DNA from: Candidatus Ruthenibacterium merdipullorum
Lineage (GTDB): Bacteria; Bacillota; Clostridia; Oscillospirales; Ruminococcaceae
Direction of reading: 5' to 3'
Length of the DNA stretch: 50,654 bases
NCBI GenBank assembly: GCA_019112665.1
Contig: DXIY01000096.1
Span: forward strand, 1-50,654
Shown here in pieces: positions 37,458-46,932 of the stretch (positions are counted from its first letter, which is position 1; every line of letters starts with the position of its first letter). A model generated the notes under the pieces. The model saw nothing but the letters and a program-made list of their open reading frames with translations. It was not told where the DNA came from and ran no database searches. The translations under genes and the position numbers were made by a program.

Positions 37458-39437
37458 TCAATACAGCTTGGCGCCTGCGGGAATGTGGTCGTCCACCATC
37501 AGGCAGTGCAGCTTTTCCACGCCTTCTTCGTGGTGCACGGCAGAGATAATCATGCCGCACGAATCAATGCCCATCATTTTGCGGGGCGGCAGGTTTGTAA
37601 TGGCAATCAGCGTTTTGCCCACCAGCTCTTCCGGCTCGTAGGTGTCATGAATGCCGCTGAGAATCACACGGTCTGTGCCGGTGCCGTCGTCCAGCACAAA
37701 CTTCAAAAGCTTTTTGCTTTTGGGCACGGCCGTGCACTCTTTCACCTTCACCGCGCGGAAATCGGACTTTGAGAAGGTGTCAAAATCTACAAACTCCTCA
37801 AACAGCGGCTCAATCTCCACCTTCGAGAAATCAATGGCCTGCGCTGCGGCCGGGGCGGCGGGCGCATCTTCCTGCTGCACGGGGGCCTCCTGGCGCTGCG
37901 CGGGCGCGGCCTTTTCCAGCGGCTTCATGGTGGGGAACAAAATAACCTCGCGGATGGTGTCGGAATTAGTAAGCATCATTACGGTGCGGTCCACCCCAAT
38001 GCCCATGCCGCCCGTGGGGGGCAGGCCATACTCCATGGCGGTGAGGTAGTCTTCGTCCATCATGCCGGCCTCGTCATCGCCCTTGGCGCGCAGCTCTACC
38101 TGCTTTTGGAAGCGGCCGCGCTGGTCGATGGGGTCGTTCAGCTCTGAGAAGGCGTTGGCCAGCTCGCTGTGGCAGATGAACAGCTCGAAGCGCTCGGTGA
38201 GGCGCGCGTCGGCAGGGCTGCGCTTGCTGAGCGGCGAAACCTCCACCGGGTACATGGTGATAAACGTGGGCTGAATGAGGTTTTCCTCTACCTTCTGGTC
38301 AAAGCAGGCATACAGGGCGTTGCCCCATGTTTTATCTGCCGTGTCGGCCAGCTCTACCCCCACGGCCTTTGCCGCGGCCACGGCCCCGGCGTCATCGGAA
38401 ATGGCGTCAAAGTCAATGCCCACATATTCCTTCACAGCCTGCACCATGGTCATGCGCTTCCAGCCGGGGGCCAGGTTCACCTTGTAGCCCATCCACTCCA
38501 CGTCATAAGTGCCCAAAATTTCTTTGGCCGCGCCAGAGATGATGCCCTCGGCAATATCCATCATGTCGTGGAAATCGGCATAGGCCTGATACAGCTCGAT
38601 GGTGGTGAACTCGGGGTTGTGCTTTGGGTCCATGCCCTCGTTGCGGAAGATGCGGCCAATTTCGTACACGCGGTCCAGCCCGCCCACAATCAGCCGCTTG
38701 AGGGGCAGCTCGGTGGCGATGCGCATATACATATCCAGGTTCAGCGTGTTGTGGTGCGTGATGAACGGGCGCGCCGTGGCGCCGCCGGAAATGGTGTTCA
38801 GCACGGGCGTCTCCACTTCCATATAGCCCATGTCGTCCAGATATTTCCGCATGAACTTGATGAACTTCGAGCGCACCTCAAACGTGCGGCGCACCTCGGG
38901 GTTCATAATGAGGTCTACATAGCGCTGGCGGAAGCGCAGCTCGGTGTCGCGCAGGCCGTGGAACTTTTCCGGCAGCGGCAGCAGGCTTTTGGAAAGCAGC
39001 GTCACCTCGGTGGCATGCACGCTGATCTCGCCCATTTTGGTGCGGAACAAATTGCCCTTTACGCCAATGATGTCGCCAATGTCAAACTTTTTGAAATCGG
39101 CATAGGCCTCGTCGCCCACATCGTCGCGGCGCACATAAATTTGAATATCGCCCTCGTTGTCGCGCAGGTGGGCAAAGCTTGCCTTGCCCATTACACGCTT
39201 GGACATCATGCGGCCGGCCATGCACACCGCTTTGCCAAGCTGGCCCTCCGGCACGTCGGTGAACCCGGCTTTCGCCGTGGCGGAATAATCGGTCTGCGGG
39301 TATTTGGTAATGACGAACGGGTCTTTGCCCGCGTCGCGCAGAGCCTTCAGTTTTTCATGGCGTACCTTCACAATCTCGTTATACGCCTGCTGTGTCATCT
39401 CGCCCGTCTCTTCGGGCTTGTTCAGATGCTCCGGCAT
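37458..39437 (-). CDS. lysS: Lysyl-tRNA synthetase (class II) with C-terminal tRNA-binding (Trbp111/MetRS-C-like) domain
   Basis: GKASFA, RQRYVDL, GGATARPF, FRNEG...HNPEFT and YGLPPTGGMGIG motifs; then an Ala/Pro/Gln linker and FDTFSKSDFRAVKV...NLPPRKMMGIDSCGM. Confidence 0.95.
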   Translation of the reverse strand: MPEHLNKPEETGEMTQQAYNEIVKVRHEKLKALRDAGKDPFVITKYPQTDYSATAKAGFTDVPEGQLGKAVCMAGRMMSKRVMGKASFAHLRDNEGDIQIYVRRDDVGDEAYADFKKFDIGDIIGVKGNLFRTKMGEISVHATEVTLLSKSLLPLPEKFHGLRDTELRFRQRYVDLIMNPEVRRTFEVRSKFIKFMRKYLDDMGYMEVETPVLNTISGGATARPFITHHNTLNLDMYMRIATELPLKRLIVGGLDRVYEIGRIFRNEGMDPKHNPEFTTIELYQAYADFHDMMDIAEGIISGAAKEILGTYDVEWMGYKVNLAPGWKRMTMVQAVKEYVGIDFDAISDDAGAVAAAKAVGVELADTADKTWGNALYACFDQKVEENLIQPTFITMYPVEVSPLSKRSPADARLTERFELFICHSELANAFSELNDPIDQRGRFQKQVELRAKGDDEAGMMDEDYLTAMEYGLPPTGGMGIGVDRTVMMLTNSDTIREVILFPTMKPLEKAAPAQRQEAPVQQEDAPAAPAAAQAIDFSKVEIEPLFEEFVDFDTFSKSDFRAVKVKECTAVPKSKKLLKFVLDDGTGTDRVILSGIHDTYEPEELVGKTLIAITNLPPRKMMGIDSCGMIISAVHHEEGVEKLHCLMVDDHIPAGAKLY

Positions 39438-39597
39438 GGTCTGCCACTCCTCCTGTTTTTGATATTCCCCGGCGCGCCGCAAACGGCGGCGGGGCGCCGC
39501 GCAAAGCCCTGTGCGGCAAATTTGAGTATAACACAAAAACAGGCGCTTTCGCACCTGTTTTAAAAAAAAATATCGTGTTTTACAACAAAACCTGCGC

Positions 39598-40080
39598 TCA
39601 GATGTCCGCGCGGCCCACTTCCAGCACTTCGTACAGCACCACGGCGCCGGTGGGCAGGGTAATTTCCACCTTGTCGCCTGCGCTGTGCCCCAGCAGGGCG
39701 GCGCCCACGGGCGATTCGTCCGAGATGCGGCCGTTCAGCGGGTCTGCCTCGGTAGAGCCGGTGATATCGTATTCATCCGTATCGCCGTCTTCGTCCTGAA
39801 TTTTCACATGGCTGCCCACGCTGATGACGCTGGTGTCGATATCGGCAGAATCCAGCACACGGGCATGTTTCAGCATTTTTTCCAGTTCGGCAATGCGGCT
39901 TTCCAGCATGCCCTGCTCGTTTTTGGCCTCGTCGTATTCGCTGTTCTCTGAGAGGTCGCCATAGCCGCGGGCCACCTTGATTTTTTCCGCCACTTCCTTG
40001 CGTTTTACTGTTTTCAGTTCTTCCAGCTCGGTTTCCACGGCGGCATAGCCGCTTTTCGTCATTACGATCTCTTTGTTCAA
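39598..40080 (-). CDS. greA: Transcription elongation factor GreA
   Basis: GDLSENSEYDEAK and ISDESPVGAALLG motifs; TTG start; usual greA-lysS order. Confidence 0.96.
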   Translation of the reverse strand: MNKEIVMTKSGYAAVETELEELKTVKRKEVAEKIKVARGYGDLSENSEYDEAKNEQGMLESRIAELEKMLKHARVLDSADIDTSVISVGSHVKIQDEDGDTDEYDITGSTEADPLNGRISDESPVGAALLGHSAGDKVEITLPTGAVVLYEVLEVGRADI

Positions 40081-40160
40081 GGCTCTCAGGTCTCCTTCTG
40101 GGAATCTTCCGGCCTGTGCGGCATAGTTCCCTCTTGATACACAGGCTCACAATGCCCATT

Positions 40161-40189
40161 ATTATATATGTTTTATAATGCAGTGTCAA
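40161..40189 (-). promoter_or_regulatory. Consensus sigma-A promoter of greA
   Basis: TTGACA (40184-40189), 17 bp, TATAAT (40161-40166) on the minus strand. Confidence 0.8.
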
Positions 40190-40310
40190 GCCATTCGCCA
40201 TTTTTTGTCTATTTCGTCACTATTTTAACTCAACACAAGAAAAGATGCGCTGTTTTTTCGTAAAATTGCACATATCTGCCCGGCAGGTTCGTGACAAATG
40301 CCCAAAAAGC

Positions 40311-40346
40311 AAAAAAGCGCCGTATGGAGAAGCCTCCATACGGCGC
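40311..40346 (-). terminator. Terminator after the EF-G paralog
   Basis: GCGCCGTATGGAG/CTCCATACGGCGC stem followed by T6 on the minus strand. Confidence 0.8.
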
Positions 40347-40371
40347 CGGGCTGTTTGCATGCGGTGCGGGG

Positions 40372-42450
40372 TTATTCTTCGTCCGCCTTGCCGTCGAACA
40401 GCTTTTTCGCCTCTTCAATCACCTTGCCCTCCAATGTGGCAGGCAGCGGCTCGTAGCGCACAAATTCAAACGTAAAGCTGCCGCGCCCCTGCGTAAGCTG
40501 GCGCAGGTACATGGTGAAATCGTGCATTTCGCTTACCGGCACCTCGGCCTCCACACACTGCGTGCCGTCCTCGCCGGGGTTCATGCCCAAAACACGGCCG
40601 CGGCGCTTGGTTACTTCGCCCATAATGTCGCCCGTGACATCGCTGGGCACGGTGGCCTTCAGCTCGCCAATGGGCTCCAGCAAAATGGGGCCCGCCTCGG
40701 GCAATGCAGCCTTATAGGCCAGCTTGGCCGCCATTTTGAAGGCCATTTCGCTGGAATCCACCGGGTGATAGCTGCCGTCCAGCAGGGTTGCCTTCAGGCC
40801 CACCACCGGGTAACCGGCCAGCACGCCGTGGCGCACGGCCTCCTGCAGGCCCTTTTCCACCGCCGGGAAGTAGTTCTTGGGCACGGCGCCGCCAAACACC
40901 TTTTCTTCAAAGACAAAATCGCCTTCCTCTGTGGGCTCAAACTCAATCCACACATCGCCAAACTGGCCATGGCCGCCCGTCTGCTTTTTGTGGCGGCCCT
41001 GCGCCTTGCACTTTTTGCGGATGGACTCGCGGTAGGGAATGCGCGGGTCTGCCAGGGTAACCTCTACGCCAAACTTGTTCTTCAACTTGGCGCACACAAC
41101 GTCCAGGTGCTGCTCGCCCAGGCCGGAGAGCACCTGCTCTACCGTCTCTGCGTTTACCTCGTAGCCGATGGTGGGGTCCTCTTCCATCAGGCGCTGCAAC
41201 GCGCCGGAAATTTTGCTTTCGTCGCCCTTCTGCTTCACCCGCACGGCCATGGAAAGCGTGGGGTGCGGGAACACCGGGCGCGGCAGGTTCACCACGCGGC
41301 CGGGCGCACACAGCGTGTCGCCCGTTTGCGCGGTGGGCAGCTTGGTGACGGCGCCGATGTCGCCGCAGCCAATCTCTGCTGTATCCGTCTGCTTTTTGCC
41401 GCGCACATACACCAGTTTGCCAAGGCGCTCGGCCTCGCCGGTGCGCGCGTTTACCACAGCGGTGTCGGCGGTAAGCTTGCCGCTTATCACCTTTACATAG
41501 CTCACCTTGCCCACAAACGGGTCGGCCACGGTTTTAAACACATAGGCGCACAGCGGGGCGTCCGGCACGCAGGGCACCTCCACCTCGTTGCCAGAGGCAT
41601 CTGTGCCCACAGCGCCCGCGCCGCGGGCCGCGCTGGGCATCAGTTTCTGCAGGCCCCACACGGCAAGGTCTACAGCTTCCATTGCCGTGGCGGAACCGCA
41701 GAACACCGGCGTGATGGCGCCCGTTTTGGCGCCCGTGCGGATGGCCTCGGTAAGCTCTTCCTCGGTAAAGGGCTCGCCCTCGAAGAATTTTTCCATCAGG
41801 GCGTCGTCCGTTTCGGCCGCGGCCTCGCGCATGGCCTCCAACAGGCCCTCTGTGCGGTGGCCATAGCTGGGCACCGGCACTTCGCGCACGCCGCCGCCCG
41901 TATAGCTGTAGGCCTTTTGGGTGATAAGGTTCAGATACACACGGCCGCCCGCCTGCTCTACCGGCACCACCACGGGGCACACCGAGGGGCCAAGCTCTGC
42001 CTTCAGCTGTTCGAACACTTTATAGAAATCGGCATGCTCTGCGTTTACTTTGTTCACGAAAATCATGCGGCTTTTATTCTGTTTCAGGGCAAGCTGATAC
42101 GCCTTGCGCGCGCCCACGGCCAGGCCGCTGCGCGCCGACACCACCACCATCACGCTTTCGGCGGCGGGCATGCCCTCGTACAGGCCGGCCTCGAAATCGA
42201 ACAGGCCCGGCACATCGATGAGGTTCAGCTTGACATTGCCCTGCTCTACCGGCGCCACGGCCAGCGAAAGGGACACATGGCGCTTGATCTCTTCCGGGTC
42301 AAAATCGCACACGGTGTTGCCATCCTCCACACGGCCCTGCCGGTCGGTGGCTTTCGTCAGGTACAGCATGGCCTCCACCAGGCTGGTTTTCCCTGCGCCG
42401 CCATGGCCTGCTACAAGGACGTTGCGGATGTGATCGTTCGCGTAGTTCAT
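40372..42450 (-). CDS. Elongation factor G paralog (EF-G2/FusA2-like)
   Basis: GHGGAGKT, DVPG, GLGEQHL, KKQTGGHGQFGDV, GYPV and DGSYHPVDSSEMAF motifs; not in a str operon. Confidence 0.9.
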   Translation of the reverse strand: MNYANDHIRNVLVAGHGGAGKTSLVEAMLYLTKATDRQGRVEDGNTVCDFDPEEIKRHVSLSLAVAPVEQGNVKLNLIDVPGLFDFEAGLYEGMPAAESVMVVVSARSGLAVGARKAYQLALKQNKSRMIFVNKVNAEHADFYKVFEQLKAELGPSVCPVVVPVEQAGGRVYLNLITQKAYSYTGGGVREVPVPSYGHRTEGLLEAMREAAAETDDALMEKFFEGEPFTEEELTEAIRTGAKTGAITPVFCGSATAMEAVDLAVWGLQKLMPSAARGAGAVGTDASGNEVEVPCVPDAPLCAYVFKTVADPFVGKVSYVKVISGKLTADTAVVNARTGEAERLGKLVYVRGKKQTDTAEIGCGDIGAVTKLPTAQTGDTLCAPGRVVNLPRPVFPHPTLSMAVRVKQKGDESKISGALQRLMEEDPTIGYEVNAETVEQVLSGLGEQHLDVVCAKLKNKFGVEVTLADPRIPYRESIRKKCKAQGRHKKQTGGHGQFGDVWIEFEPTEEGDFVFEEKVFGGAVPKNYFPAVEKGLQEAVRHGVLAGYPVVGLKATLLDGSYHPVDSSEMAFKMAAKLAYKAALPEAGPILLEPIGELKATVPSDVTGDIMGEVTKRRGRVLGMNPGEDGTQCVEAEVPVSEMHDFTMYLRQLTQGRGSFTFEFVRYEPLPATLEGKVIEEAKKLFDGKADEE

Positions 42451-42601
42451 ATTCTATTCCCTCTTTTCGTCCACGCGCGAAAGGCGTGTGGCAACTTATA
42501 CAAAAATATTATCATATTTTCCTCTTATATAAAAGATGTCACCAAGAGATTTTCGCCAAAGCGCCTGCCAAAACTTTGCAGCTTTCCTTGTATATATTGC
42601 C

Positions 42602-42634
42602 AAAAAGCGCCTCTGGGAACCCCAGAGGCGCTTT
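42602..42634. terminator. Terminator after the GH112 gene
   Basis: AAAAAGCGCCTCTGGG-AA-CCCCAGAGGCGCTTT hairpin. Confidence 0.8.
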
Positions 42635-42644
42635 GAAGGCTGTT

Positions 42645-44810
42645 TCAAATTTCAAACCAGCGAATTTCGTTGGCGGCCATATCCAGCTCAAAGCTGGCGC
42701 CGTCGCCCGTGTACACTGTGGTGTGCTGCGGCTCGTAGGTGTTGTTCACCACGCAGTACTTGCCGTTTTTCACATAGGCGTGCACTTCCACATTGAAGTT
42801 GGACGAGAACCACCTGTGCAGGTTCTGCTCGTCGTGGGTGCTCCACAAAATGCTGCGGTAGAGGATGCGGCTGTTCTCGAAGGAATACGGCAGGCCGCTG
42901 AGATACACCGCACGGCCCGCGCCGAATTCGTTCACGGCCATCTGCACCTCTTTGTCGCGCTGCACCAGCACCTGCGCGCCCTCCAGCGCATAGATGCTTT
43001 TTTTGCCCTCGCCGAAGTCCACAGGCTTTGTGCAGTCTGCCAGAATGAAGTGCTGCGGGTGCTCTTCCCAGTTGTACTTATCATACCCCAGGGTAAAGCC
43101 CGTCTCTTTCTCTACCCCCAGCACGCCGGCCAGCTGGAAGAAGCGGCCCTGATACTGGTGGCCGCTGGGCTCGCCCACGCCGATGAAGCCGCCGCCGCGG
43201 TGCACAAAGCCGCGCACGGCCGCTGTGATGGCCGGGTTTTCCCACACGATGCCGCCGGTGTGGGCCGTGTCTGCGTCGCCCACGTTCACCAGCACGTCCA
43301 CGCCGTCCAGCACATGCGCATCGCGCTCAATGTCGTCAAAGCTGAGGAAACGCACATCGAACGGTGCGCCCGCCAGCGCCTCAATGACGCCGGCATAGCT
43401 GTAGTTCTGCTTTTGATACAGCGCATGGTGCACCATGTGGCAGCCCCAGCTGCGCGCGCGGCCCCAGCTGTTCAGCACGGCCACTGTCTTGATGCAGTAG
43501 GGCGTTGTGCCGCGGATGTTTGTGTACAGCAGGCGGAATTCGTCGCACACCGATTTGATGTAGTCGATAAACTCCGGAAACTGCAGCGCCAGCTTCAAAT
43601 AGCCGCCGTAGCCAATGCGGTCGATGGGTTTGCGCAGAATGGCGCGCCGGGCCGTCACCCAGTTCTCTTTGCCCTCCTTCACAGGGTCGCCGCCCTCGTG
43701 GAAGGTGTCGGGGAAGAAATAGGGCAGAAAGCGCCCCTCGGTGTATTTCACGCCCGGGATGTCGCTGATGAGGCGCAGCGTGGCGCCGTTGCCCACGCTG
43801 CCCACCACGGCGTCCAGGCCAATGGATTTGAATTCGTCCAGGAAGGGCTCGGTGCCAATCCAGTGGTCGCCCAGGAACATCATGGCCTCTTTGCCCAGCT
43901 CGTGGGTGATGTCCACCATCTCTTTGGCCAGCTTGGCCACCTCGCGGCGCTGAAAGGCCATAAAATCTTTGAATTCCCTGCTGGGCACGCGGTACTGGTT
44001 GTTGTAATAGCCCTGGTCGATGATAAACTCGGGGCGGAAGCGGTAGCCCACCTCCTGCTCGAACTGTTCAAGAATATACGGGCTTACCGAGGCCGAATAG
44101 CCATACCAATCCACATACTTTTCGCGCTTCAGCTCGTCAAACACCAGCGTGAACTGGTGGAAGAAGGTGGTGTAGCGGATGACATCCACATACGGGTGCT
44201 CGGCAATAAACTTGCGCAGGCGCTGCATGGTGAACTTGTGCGTTTTGGGCTGGCGCACATCGAAGGTGATCTGGTGTTCAAAGTTCGTCCAACCGTTTGT
44301 CACCGCGTTGTACATGTGCACGGGGTCCCAAATCAGATAGGCAAGGAAGCTTACGGTGTAATCGTGGTACGGCTTGGCGCCGTGCACCACCACACAGCCC
44401 GTGGCCCCGTCATAGCTCCACTCGTCCGGCCCCAGCGGCTCGCCCGCGGTGCGGTCCATCACTTCCCACCAGCGCTTGATGTCGTCGCGGGTGTTCACCT
44501 GCATCAGCTCGTTGGAAACGCCCTGCATCAGCGGGATGGAAAGCGTTTCGCCCACGGCGGTGTGAAAGCCCGTCATGATATAGCACTGCTGCACTTCGTC
44601 CGGGTTGGCTTTGGCCCAGGCGTTGTCCTTGCGGGTGGTGTAATAGGTGGAATAGATTTTGGCGCCGGTGTCCTTCAGGGCCTCTGGGAATTCCGTGCCG
44701 TCGCAGTCTCGAATGGCGTCTGCGCCCCACTCCTCCAGTATTTTCAGCGTCTCGGGCACCACGTCCACATCTGTGGGGATGGTGACGCGGCCCCTGTTCG
44801 GTTCGGTCAT
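42645..44810 (-). CDS. gnpA: 1,3-beta-galactosyl-N-acetylhexosamine (GNB/LNB) phosphorylase, GH112
   Basis: WGADAIRDCDGT, YTTFFHQFTL, FLGDHWIGTEP, GRFLPYFFPD and DRIGYGGY motifs. Confidence 0.93.
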   Translation of the reverse strand: MTEPNRGRVTIPTDVDVVPETLKILEEWGADAIRDCDGTEFPEALKDTGAKIYSTYYTTRKDNAWAKANPDEVQQCYIMTGFHTAVGETLSIPLMQGVSNELMQVNTRDDIKRWWEVMDRTAGEPLGPDEWSYDGATGCVVVHGAKPYHDYTVSFLAYLIWDPVHMYNAVTNGWTNFEHQITFDVRQPKTHKFTMQRLRKFIAEHPYVDVIRYTTFFHQFTLVFDELKREKYVDWYGYSASVSPYILEQFEQEVGYRFRPEFIIDQGYYNNQYRVPSREFKDFMAFQRREVAKLAKEMVDITHELGKEAMMFLGDHWIGTEPFLDEFKSIGLDAVVGSVGNGATLRLISDIPGVKYTEGRFLPYFFPDTFHEGGDPVKEGKENWVTARRAILRKPIDRIGYGGYLKLALQFPEFIDYIKSVCDEFRLLYTNIRGTTPYCIKTVAVLNSWGRARSWGCHMVHHALYQKQNYSYAGVIEALAGAPFDVRFLSFDDIERDAHVLDGVDVLVNVGDADTAHTGGIVWENPAITAAVRGFVHRGGGFIGVGEPSGHQYQGRFFQLAGVLGVEKETGFTLGYDKYNWEEHPQHFILADCTKPVDFGEGKKSIYALEGAQVLVQRDKEVQMAVNEFGAGRAVYLSGLPYSFENSRILYRSILWSTHDEQNLHRWFSSNFNVEVHAYVKNGKYCVVNNTYEPQHTTVYTGDGASFELDMAANEIRWFEI

Positions 44811-44828
44811 TCTATACTCCTCTCTGGG

Positions 44829-45032
44829 TCAAAGCCGTTTTTTGGTGTCTTCAAACGGTTTGTTGTAAATCATCAGGGCCGACAAAAGCAGAATAAGGCC
44901 CACAATCATCAGCCCAAGGCCGGCCAGCTGGCCGGTCATCTTCCAGCCCACAATCAGCAGAACCATTCCCGCCACAAAAAAGGCGAAAATCAGGCCCAAC
45001 CGCAGGCCCACATGCTCTTTCCAGTATTTCAT
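44829..45032 (-). CDS. Small two-TM membrane protein of GNB/LNB ABC loci
   Basis: Two hydrophobic helices ending in YNKPF; located between the permease and GH112; start could be 45041. Confidence 0.75.
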   Translation of the reverse strand: MKYWKEHVGLRLGLIFAFFVAGMVLLIVGWKMTGQLAGLGLMIVGLILLLSALMIYNKPFEDTKKRL

Positions 45033-45042
45033 AAGGTTCACC

Positions 45043-45930
45043 TTACCCTTTCAGGCCGCCCACAGTCATGCCCTGGGTCAGCTTTTTCTGTACGCAGATA
45101 TACAAAATAAGAGTGGGCAGCATTACCAGCACAAGGCCTGCATACATAATGCCGTACTGTGCGGCCGACTGCTGCGCCTGCATCAGGCTCAGCAGCCCAA
45201 CCGGCAAAGTTCTGGGGCCGTTCTGGGCGCTGAGCAGCGTCAGTGAGATGATATACTCGTTCCAGAAAGACAAGAAGTTGAACAGGATAATGGTGATGAT
45301 GGAGGGCTGCGCCATGGGGAATATGACGCTTACCATGGTGCGGCCGTAGCCGGCGCCGTCGATGTAAGCGGCCTCTTCATAGTCGTGCGGCAGCGTGGCA
45401 AAATAGCCCGACAAAAGGTAAATGGTGAAGGGCAGCGCCGTGGCGGCATACACCACGGCCAGAACAAAGATGTTGTTCAGCAGGAAGCTGCCGCCCACCA
45501 GATTTTTCAGCCAGAGGTCGCCGTCCCGCAGCATGAGGAAGATGGGCACCACAATGTAGTTCACATTGATGAACAGCCCGCCCATGAAGCACACGTTGAG
45601 AAACTTGCGCCCTTTGAATTGAAAGCGGGACAGCACATAGGCCGCGGGCAGCGCCACCACCAGCAGAATGGCAAGCGCAAGCGCTGTTACAATGACTGAA
45701 TTGAGCATATAGCTGCCCATGCTGGCCTTGTTCCAGGCATCCACAAAGTTCTGCCAGTAAAAGCCGGCGGGCAGCGCCCAGGGGTTGCCGTAGAATTCAC
45801 TGTTCTGCTTGATGGAGGCCAGGAACACCCAGGCCACCGGCACGATGATGCTGATGGCAAGCAGGCCCAGCACCAGGTAGACAAACGCCTTGTACAGGCG
45901 CTCGCCCGATGTCTTTTTCACGTGATCCAT
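45043..45930 (-). CDS. Carbohydrate ABC transporter permease (MalG-like)
   Basis: EEAAYIDGA EAA loop; FWNEY and GMTVGGLKG motifs. Confidence 0.93.
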   Translation of the reverse strand: MDHVKKTSGERLYKAFVYLVLGLLAISIIVPVAWVFLASIKQNSEFYGNPWALPAGFYWQNFVDAWNKASMGSYMLNSVIVTALALAILLVVALPAAYVLSRFQFKGRKFLNVCFMGGLFINVNYIVVPIFLMLRDGDLWLKNLVGGSFLLNNIFVLAVVYAATALPFTIYLLSGYFATLPHDYEEAAYIDGAGYGRTMVSVIFPMAQPSIITIILFNFLSFWNEYIISLTLLSAQNGPRTLPVGLLSLMQAQQSAAQYGIMYAGLVLVMLPTLILYICVQKKLTQGMTVGGLKG

Positions 45931-45942
45931 ACCTACCCCTCC

Positions 45943-46830
45943 TTAAAATTCCAGCGGCTCGCGCTTGGTCACCTTGTTCACCAGCGCAGAGAGCAGGAAC
46001 GAGAACAGGAACACCACCACGCCAATGGCCATGGAATAGCCGTATAGGCCGGCGTCCTTCTGGCCGTACATATAAGACAATGCCACCTCAGAGGCGCCGT
46101 TGGGGCCGCCGGAAGTCATGGCCTTGACGAACAGGAACGCCATGTTGATGGTGGAGATGATAAAGAACGTCAGTGTCGTGCGGATATTCGTCCAAATCAG
46201 GGGAATGGTGATTTGGAAAAACTGCGTCAGGCGGCCGGCGCCGTCCAGGCTGGCGCTTTCGTACAGGCTGCCGGGCACGCTGGCCATAGAGGCCATGTAC
46301 ATCACCATGTAATAGCCAATGGCCTGCCACACCATGGCAATAATCAGACTTACCATTACAAGGCTTTCACCCTTCCAGCGGATGGGGTCGGCCATGTTGC
46401 GGAACAGGCCGATGATGCTGTTGAGCAGGCCCGTTTCGTCCGGCTGGTAAATGGCCGAGAAAATGCCGGAGATGACAACCACGGAAAGGATATTGGGGAT
46501 GTAGAACACAACCCGGAAGAACCCCTGGCCGCGAATTTTTTCACGGGTCAGGATGTTGGCGAACACCAGTGCGAAAGCGAACGTCACAATGGTGACAACC
46601 ACAATCAGCAGAATTGTATTCTGCATAGAACGGATGAACGTTGCATCATTCAGCAGCGTCTGAAAGTTTTTCATTCCCACAAACGTCTCTGTGGGAGAAA
46701 ACGCCCCGCGCTCGAACAGGGACATCCGGAACACGTTCAGTGTGGGGATGATCATGAGTACAGTGAACAGGATGGTGGCCGGTGCCACGCAAAGGGCCAC
46801 GAATGCCTTATGCCGTCCGTCTTTCTTCAC
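45943..46830 (-). CDS. Carbohydrate ABC transporter permease (MalF-like)
   Basis: LYESASLDGA EAA loop and FYIPNILS; GTG start at 46830 with GAGGAG RBS. Confidence 0.9.
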   Translation of the reverse strand: MKKDGRHKAFVALCVAPATILFTVLMIIPTLNVFRMSLFERGAFSPTETFVGMKNFQTLLNDATFIRSMQNTILLIVVVTIVTFAFALVFANILTREKIRGQGFFRVVFYIPNILSVVVISGIFSAIYQPDETGLLNSIIGLFRNMADPIRWKGESLVMVSLIIAMVWQAIGYYMVMYMASMASVPGSLYESASLDGAGRLTQFFQITIPLIWTNIRTTLTFFIISTINMAFLFVKAMTSGGPNGASEVALSYMYGQKDAGLYGYSMAIGVVVFLFSFLLSALVNKVTKREPLEF

Positions 46831-46856
46831 ACTTTCAACTCCTCTTCTCAAAAATG

Positions 46857-46894
46857 GGCGGCGATGAACGAAATTTCCGCTCATCGCCGCTTTT
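46857..46894 (-). other. Intercistronic stem-loop after the binding-protein gene (mRNA stabiliser or partial terminator)
   Basis: GCGGCGATGA...TCATCGCCGC inverted repeat. Confidence 0.6.
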
Positions 46895-46932
46895 ATTTGG
46901 TGTTATGAATCCTGCGACGGAGACCGGCGCAA

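Noticed and set aside
40213-40219. TGACGAA Spo0A-box-like heptamer upstream of the greA promoter
   Set aside because: A single 7-mer is expected by chance; no supporting context.
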